IMG/VR virus record: IMGVR_UViG_3300032330_001838
Location: 1 to 61,697 of that record
Length of the DNA: 61,697 nt
Source: a virus
Lineage: Duplodnaviria > Caudoviricetes
Direction: 5' to 3' (one strand)
In this document: positions 58,041 through 61,697 of the stretch, piece by piece
Layout: every line of letters begins with the position of its first letter
Numbering within the stretch: position 1 is the first letter of the stretch
Notes under the pieces: generated by a model
Told to the model about the DNA's origin: nothing
Databases searched by the model: none
What the model saw: the letters and a program-made list of their open reading frames with translations, nothing else
Program-made: the position numbers and the translations under genes

Positions 58041-58433
58041 TTATTTTTTAATGTAGATATAAGTTATAAATCCAGTAAACAAAATTGATATTATTCTAGT
58101 GAATGTTAATTTTGCTTTTAATGTTTTATTTTGTTTACGCAATTCATTAACCCATTGTCCTTGTAATTCAAATTTTTGTTCTTGATTAATAATTACTTGT
58201 TTATAAACATTTTCTTTCTTAACATAATCTGATATAATACTATCTTTTAATATCACTTTATTTTCAGTTAATATAAGTTGATTTACAGTTAATTCATGTA
58301 CTGCTTTCACACTGTCGCATATAGTTAAATCTTTAGCTATTTGACGAGCAGCAGGTACTGGTATTTTAATAGTATCTTGAGATTTACTAGTTGTAGTTAA
58401 TACTAATAATAAAATTGTTAATAATTGTCTCAT
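58041..58433 (-). CDS. spanin-like protein (signal peptide, coiled coil, C-terminal TM)
   Basis: Start moved to ATG 58433, overlapping the endolysin stop; MRQLLTILLLVLTTTSKSQ signal-like N-terminus and C-terminal IISILFTGFITYIYIKK. Confidence 0.5.
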   Translation of the reverse strand: MRQLLTILLLVLTTTSKSQDTIKIPVPAARQIAKDLTICDSVKAVHELTVNQLILTENKVILKDSIISDYVKKENVYKQVIINQEQKFELQGQWVNELRKQNKTLKAKLTFTRIISILFTGFITYIYIKK

Positions 58434-58846
58434 ATTTTTGCTAATTGAAAGTGCATACCATCTTTTCTTTTCCATGTTCCGCCCCATTCAAATCCATTAT
58501 CTGTAAAACATTTTACAAATCCTGGAGTTAATTTAGGAGTCATATTTAATCCATTCTCAAACGCGTTAAGATCTACAGCTATCCCCCAACTATGAAGAGA
58601 CATAGAACCTAATCCTCTTTTCTTTCTAATATTAAAACAACCATCCCATGTCTTTAATTCACTAACATGTCCTGTTGTTATAAGAGCTTGAAAAGCTTTA
58701 GATAATGGATCAACCATATCTCTATTACAATAGATTTTTTTAGGTATAATACCTATTTCTAAATTTGCTGGAACATCCCATATAACCAACGCTGATTGTT
58801 TATTAGGATCTCCGTATTTCTTTAGTGCTTGTGCTGATGTTACCAT
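58430..58846 (-). CDS. endolysin, M15-family zinc peptidase (L-Ala-D-Glu peptidase-like)
   Basis: FNIR, SLHSWGIAVDLN and WGG.W..KDGMHFQ motifs. Confidence 0.9.
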   Translation of the reverse strand: MVTSAQALKKYGDPNKQSALVIWDVPANLEIGIIPKKIYCNRDMVDPLSKAFQALITTGHVSELKTWDGCFNIRKKRGLGSMSLHSWGIAVDLNAFENGLNMTPKLTPGFVKCFTDNGFEWGGTWKRKDGMHFQLAKI

Positions 58847-58849
58847 AAA

Positions 58850-59212
58850 TTAATAATTATATCTTGATTTAAAAAATGAGTCTATTTGTCCAGCGCTGTA
58901 ATGATTAGTTCGTTCAATTATATCGTGATGGTATTCTTTAATAATAATTGTTTTGTTTTTAATATTGCTAATTTGAGTATCAATTTGATCAATTTTAGAC
59001 TCATAAATACTAATAGTACTATCCATATGTTTTTGAGATTCTATTAGTTTTTTATTCACCACTGTTAATGAATCAATAGATGCTTTTAAATCAACAGGTA
59101 TTTGGGATTTACGAGTTGCTAATAATATAATACCATATAATAACACTAAAGATCCTATAATAATTAAAATAGTCTTATAGCTCTTCTTCACCGTCAATAT
59201 CGATTGGTTCAT
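58850..59212 (-). CDS. i-spanin-like protein (N-terminal TM plus coiled coil)
   Basis: ILIIIGSLVLLYGIILL followed by IDSL...heptads; directly upstream of the endolysin. Start uncertain (59212 ATG or 59191 GTG). Confidence 0.5.
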   Translation of the reverse strand: MNQSILTVKKSYKTILIIIGSLVLLYGIILLATRKSQIPVDLKASIDSLTVVNKKLIESQKHMDSTISIYESKIDQIDTQISNIKNKTIIIKEYHHDIIERTNHYSAGQIDSFFKSRYNY

Positions 59213-60143
59213 CATCAATTCCAAGTTTTTTAAGTTCATCATCATCATTTGTTTTTCTACGTTTAGAACCAATAGCTGGTAATGTTGGTTCTTCTAAAGA
59301 TTTAAGGACCATTTTCATAGCTCCTTTAGTATTAGTAGCTCCAAATTTATATCTATCAAGATCATTTAATACTTTAACATAAACATTATAATCTTCATCT
59401 CTTAAATCTTTAAGTTTATCTACTAATTTTTGTATTAGATCTGGTATGCTAATTCTGGCTGCTTCTTTAGATTTAGCTTGAGCTGATTTAAAATCAGCAC
59501 TTGACATTCCTCCGTCTTCAGCTTCTTTAATTTTACCAGTTTTAATAGTTGACTGTGAATATTGTTTAATAATTTTAGCAATTAAGTCAGCGTTATCAAC
59601 AAACCAACTACCTGCTTTAGAGCCAGCTGATGTCATTGGTGTTGATTTAATTTTAGCAATATCAGCTGGTGTTGGTTCATCTTCATTACTAATACTACCT
59701 TTAGATTTGCCTCTCATTTTAGATTTACCTATAAATAAATCTTCAGCGTCTGATGGATACTTAAATACATCATCATCTCCTGGTTCTTCATCAGCAGCTG
59801 CTGATGGTTTAACTGAAGTGCCTTTTAATAATTGATTTCTGATATCTGGAGTAAATGACCAGTTGATACCTGGTGCTGAATTTTTTTCAATATCGCTTTT
59901 AAGTAATTCTACTTCCATTGGATCAATACCTTGTTCTTCTCCTTTCTTAATAAAATAATTAATTACTTGCTGTTTTCTATCTGTCTTAAATTTAGAAGGA
60001 TCAGCGATTCTATCTTCTATTTGTGGAAAGTCCGAGTTAAGTTTGTACATCTCTTTAGCGGGACGTGCCATTTCTTTTACCGGTACTTTAATTTTAAGTT
60101 TTGCTTCAGTAATATACTTTCTTAAATCAAAATTGTCTGCCAT
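59175..60143 (-). CDS. putative internal virion protein (MADNFDLRKYITE tag)
   Basis: N-terminus shared with 49643..50617; VKE and IKE sites; ATATTTAT motif at 60161-60168. Confidence 0.55.
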   Translation of the reverse strand: MADNFDLRKYITEAKLKIKVPVKEMARPAKEMYKLNSDFPQIEDRIADPSKFKTDRKQQVINYFIKKGEEQGIDPMEVELLKSDIEKNSAPGINWSFTPDIRNQLLKGTSVKPSAAADEEPGDDDVFKYPSDAEDLFIGKSKMRGKSKGSISNEDEPTPADIAKIKSTPMTSAGSKAGSWFVDNADLIAKIIKQYSQSTIKTGKIKEAEDGGMSSADFKSAQAKSKEAARISIPDLIQKLVDKLKDLRDEDYNVYVKVLNDLDRYKFGATNTKGAMKMVLKSLEEPTLPAIGSKRRKTNDDDELKKLGIDDEPIDIDGEEEL

Positions 60144-60169
60144 GTTTTTGTTTTATGTTAATAAATATT

Positions 60170-60691
60170 TTATTTTAATGTGTTTAATACAGTCTCTACA
60201 CGATCTTCAGTTGGTCCATGTAGTATTACTAATTGTTTTGGTGGATATAATGTTAATAAGCGTAATATTTCTTGATTAATATCAGCTCTATATTCAAGAT
60301 TTGTTTCTCTAACACCATTATCTTCCATTTCTACACCAACTGGTTCAATATAAAATACAACATCATATTGATCTTTTAACATCATTGCTGTATTTACAAA
60401 TGTTGATTTTTCATGATTTGCTATTGATTTAGCTAACATTGTAAATGAACATACATCCCATATTGTTCTATCAGTTAATATATTTTCATGTAATAATTCA
60501 CTAGAACGTTCAGCTAAAAATACTAACTGACCATTAATAGTTGAATCAGTATTTAAAGGAATACCTAAATCTCTTAAGTATTTGCTACGCTCGGTAGCTA
60601 ATTTGTATTTTTTGAACTTATCAGTTTTAGATAATGTTTTAACTAACGTTGTTTTACCTGTACTTTGAGTTCCTGTTATTCCAATTCGCAT
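60170..60691 (-). CDS. P-loop nucleotide kinase-like protein (AAA_28/NadR-type)
   Basis: IGITGTQSTGKTTL, TDRTIWD, YDVVFY and EDNGVR motifs. Confidence 0.8.
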   Translation of the reverse strand: MRIGITGTQSTGKTTLVKTLSKTDKFKKYKLATERSKYLRDLGIPLNTDSTINGQLVFLAERSSELLHENILTDRTIWDVCSFTMLAKSIANHEKSTFVNTAMMLKDQYDVVFYIEPVGVEMEDNGVRETNLEYRADINQEILRLLTLYPPKQLVILHGPTEDRVETVLNTLK

Positions 60692-60772
60692 AATTTATTT
60701 TTTAAAATATTTTCAATATTATTATAATCTTTATAAGAAATTTCAATACTATTAACATTATTTTCTATCAAA

Positions 60773-61006
60773 TTAAAAGCTTGAATCATATTTTGGATCT
60801 TTAGCAGGTGGTATACCTTTTTCTTCACGCTTACGATCTAAAAATTGATCTTTAGTATATTGAAATCCAAATATCCACCATTCTTTTTTCCCGTCTGGAT
60901 GAATCACAGCTGCATCATCTGAATTATGTAATTTTCCATTCCAAACATAAACAATAGTTCCGTCTGGTTTTTTAAGTCGTCGTGTTGGTTCTAATTTTTG
61001 TGCCAT
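60773..61006 (-). CDS. hypothetical protein (77 aa)
   Basis: GKLHN.D.AAVI.PDGKKEWW beta-hairpin repeat-type motif. Confidence 0.7.
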   Translation of the reverse strand: MAQKLEPTRRLKKPDGTIVYVWNGKLHNSDDAAVIHPDGKKEWWIFGFQYTKDQFLDRKREEKGIPPAKDPKYDSSF

Positions 61007-61034
61007 ATATTTTATTTTTAATAAAGATAGTGAA

Positions 61035-61697
61035 TTAATTGAGGTTAATTAAACTTTCAGCAACATAAATACCATGTGCACCTGATACTGTTATACCGCG
61101 AGCACTTAAAGCATCTCCAACAAAGTGTACATTTGGATATTCAGTTAATGCTAAGTTAGTATAATTAACTAACGGTTCAGGACTTAAATATTTTACTTCA
61201 GGAATATACATACCCCAATCATCACCCATTTCAGGAAATACTTTTTTCATATCACCAATAAAATCAACAATATTATCAAAATAAGGTTCCATTGCTTGTG
61301 TGACTTTAATTAAATCTAACCAATTTATTGGAGTTGCTGATACTGTATTACCTTCAGATGTTAATGCTGGTTGACGTGTATTTCCTGGTGAATAATATAG
61401 TCCTGTACCATTTAATTGTAGTTTTTGTACTACATCTCTAGACCATTTAAATGGATCTTCAATACCTTTAATTTCCATCAATATACCAAAATTAGTCATA
61501 TCGTTTCTATATTGTTCACCCTTTTTCGCATGGCCGTTGTACGTGATATCGCCATATGTTTCCTCCACGGCCACGTAAGCGGCATTGTTATTAGTACAAA
61601 AGCTACGTAGAGAAACATCTTCATACTTCTGATATAATTTGAAATCATATGATATGTCTATTAATTTTTGAAAATATTTTTGTGGTGCTTCAAATCG
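61035..61697 (-). CDS. FAD-dependent oxidoreductase, C-terminal part; starts outside the window
   Basis: Frame is open to the window edge (RFEAPQ...RSFCTNNN...); NGH, TNFGIL, PEVKY and HFVGDA..RGITVSGAHG flavin-binding C-terminal motif. Confidence 0.8.
   Translation of the reverse strand, partial: RFEAPQKYFQKLIDISYDFKLYQKYEDVSLRSFCTNNNAAYVAVEETYGDITYNGHAKKGEQYRNDMTNFGILMEIKGIEDPFKWSRDVVQKLQLNGTGLYYSPGNTRQPALTSEGNTVSATPINWLDLIKVTQAMEPYFDNIVDFIGDMKKVFPEMGDDWGMYIPEVKYLSPEPLVNYTNLALTEYPNVHFVGDALSARGITVSGAHGIYVAESLINLN

Noticed and set aside
5477-60168. Reading TATAAATA on the plus strand as T4 late promoters driving antisense transcription
   Set aside because: The motif position is tied to minus-strand start codons (often exactly 4 nt) and follows minus-strand terminators; there are no plus-strand genes to transcribe.
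329-61610. All other plus-strand ORFs in the track (e.g. 36249..36707, 44825..45196, 49764..50126)
   Set aside because: Each lies opposite a well-supported minus-strand gene, has shadow-like composition, and lacks recognisable motifs.
1-61697. Stop-codon reassignment, tRNA or rRNA genes
   Set aside because: Genes are intact under the standard code with dense packing, and no cloverleaf or rRNA-like segment was seen in the short intergenic gaps.

Overview
This is a 61.7 kb AT-rich segment of a large T4-like (myovirus) phage genome. The host is most likely a Bacteroidota/Flavobacterium-type bacterium, inferred from TTTG-N20-TATATTTA promoters and the scarcity of Shine-Dalgarno sites. Every credible gene is on the minus strand. 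In transcription order (high to low coordinates) the window holds: a partial FAD oxidoreductase and a P-loop kinase; a lysis module (spanin-like pair, M15 endolysin, small holin); terminase and portal; several acidic putative prohead-core/internal proteins; prohead protease; a ParB-like protein; scaffold and major capsid; HNH and PhoH; neck proteins; tail fibre and Gly-rich adhesin-like genes; sheath, tube, hub chaperones, tape measure and baseplate. These are followed by a replication block (compact family-A polymerase, SSB, RecA/UvsX, 5'-3' exonuclease, helicase), a class II RNR, and a 7-deazaguanine DNA-modification cluster (queD, TGT/DpdA-like, queC, partial queE). Most notable findings: (1) short shared terminal peptide tags (KLxDxLxE, MADNFxxxKxxxE, RMQxLAGI) on unrelated proteins including a GNAT, a ParB-like protein and a membrane protein, suggesting a capsid-loading and injection system; (2) about 24 copies of an ATATTTAT late-type motif, often exactly 4 nt before ATG; (3) a twin-hairpin leader on the scaffold/capsid operon; (4) a candidate +1/-2 frameshift in the tail chaperone pair; (5) the deazaguanine cluster with a divergent transglycosylase. 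No tRNA, rRNA or CRISPR array was seen. All functional calls come from motif recognition by eye; no database searches were run.
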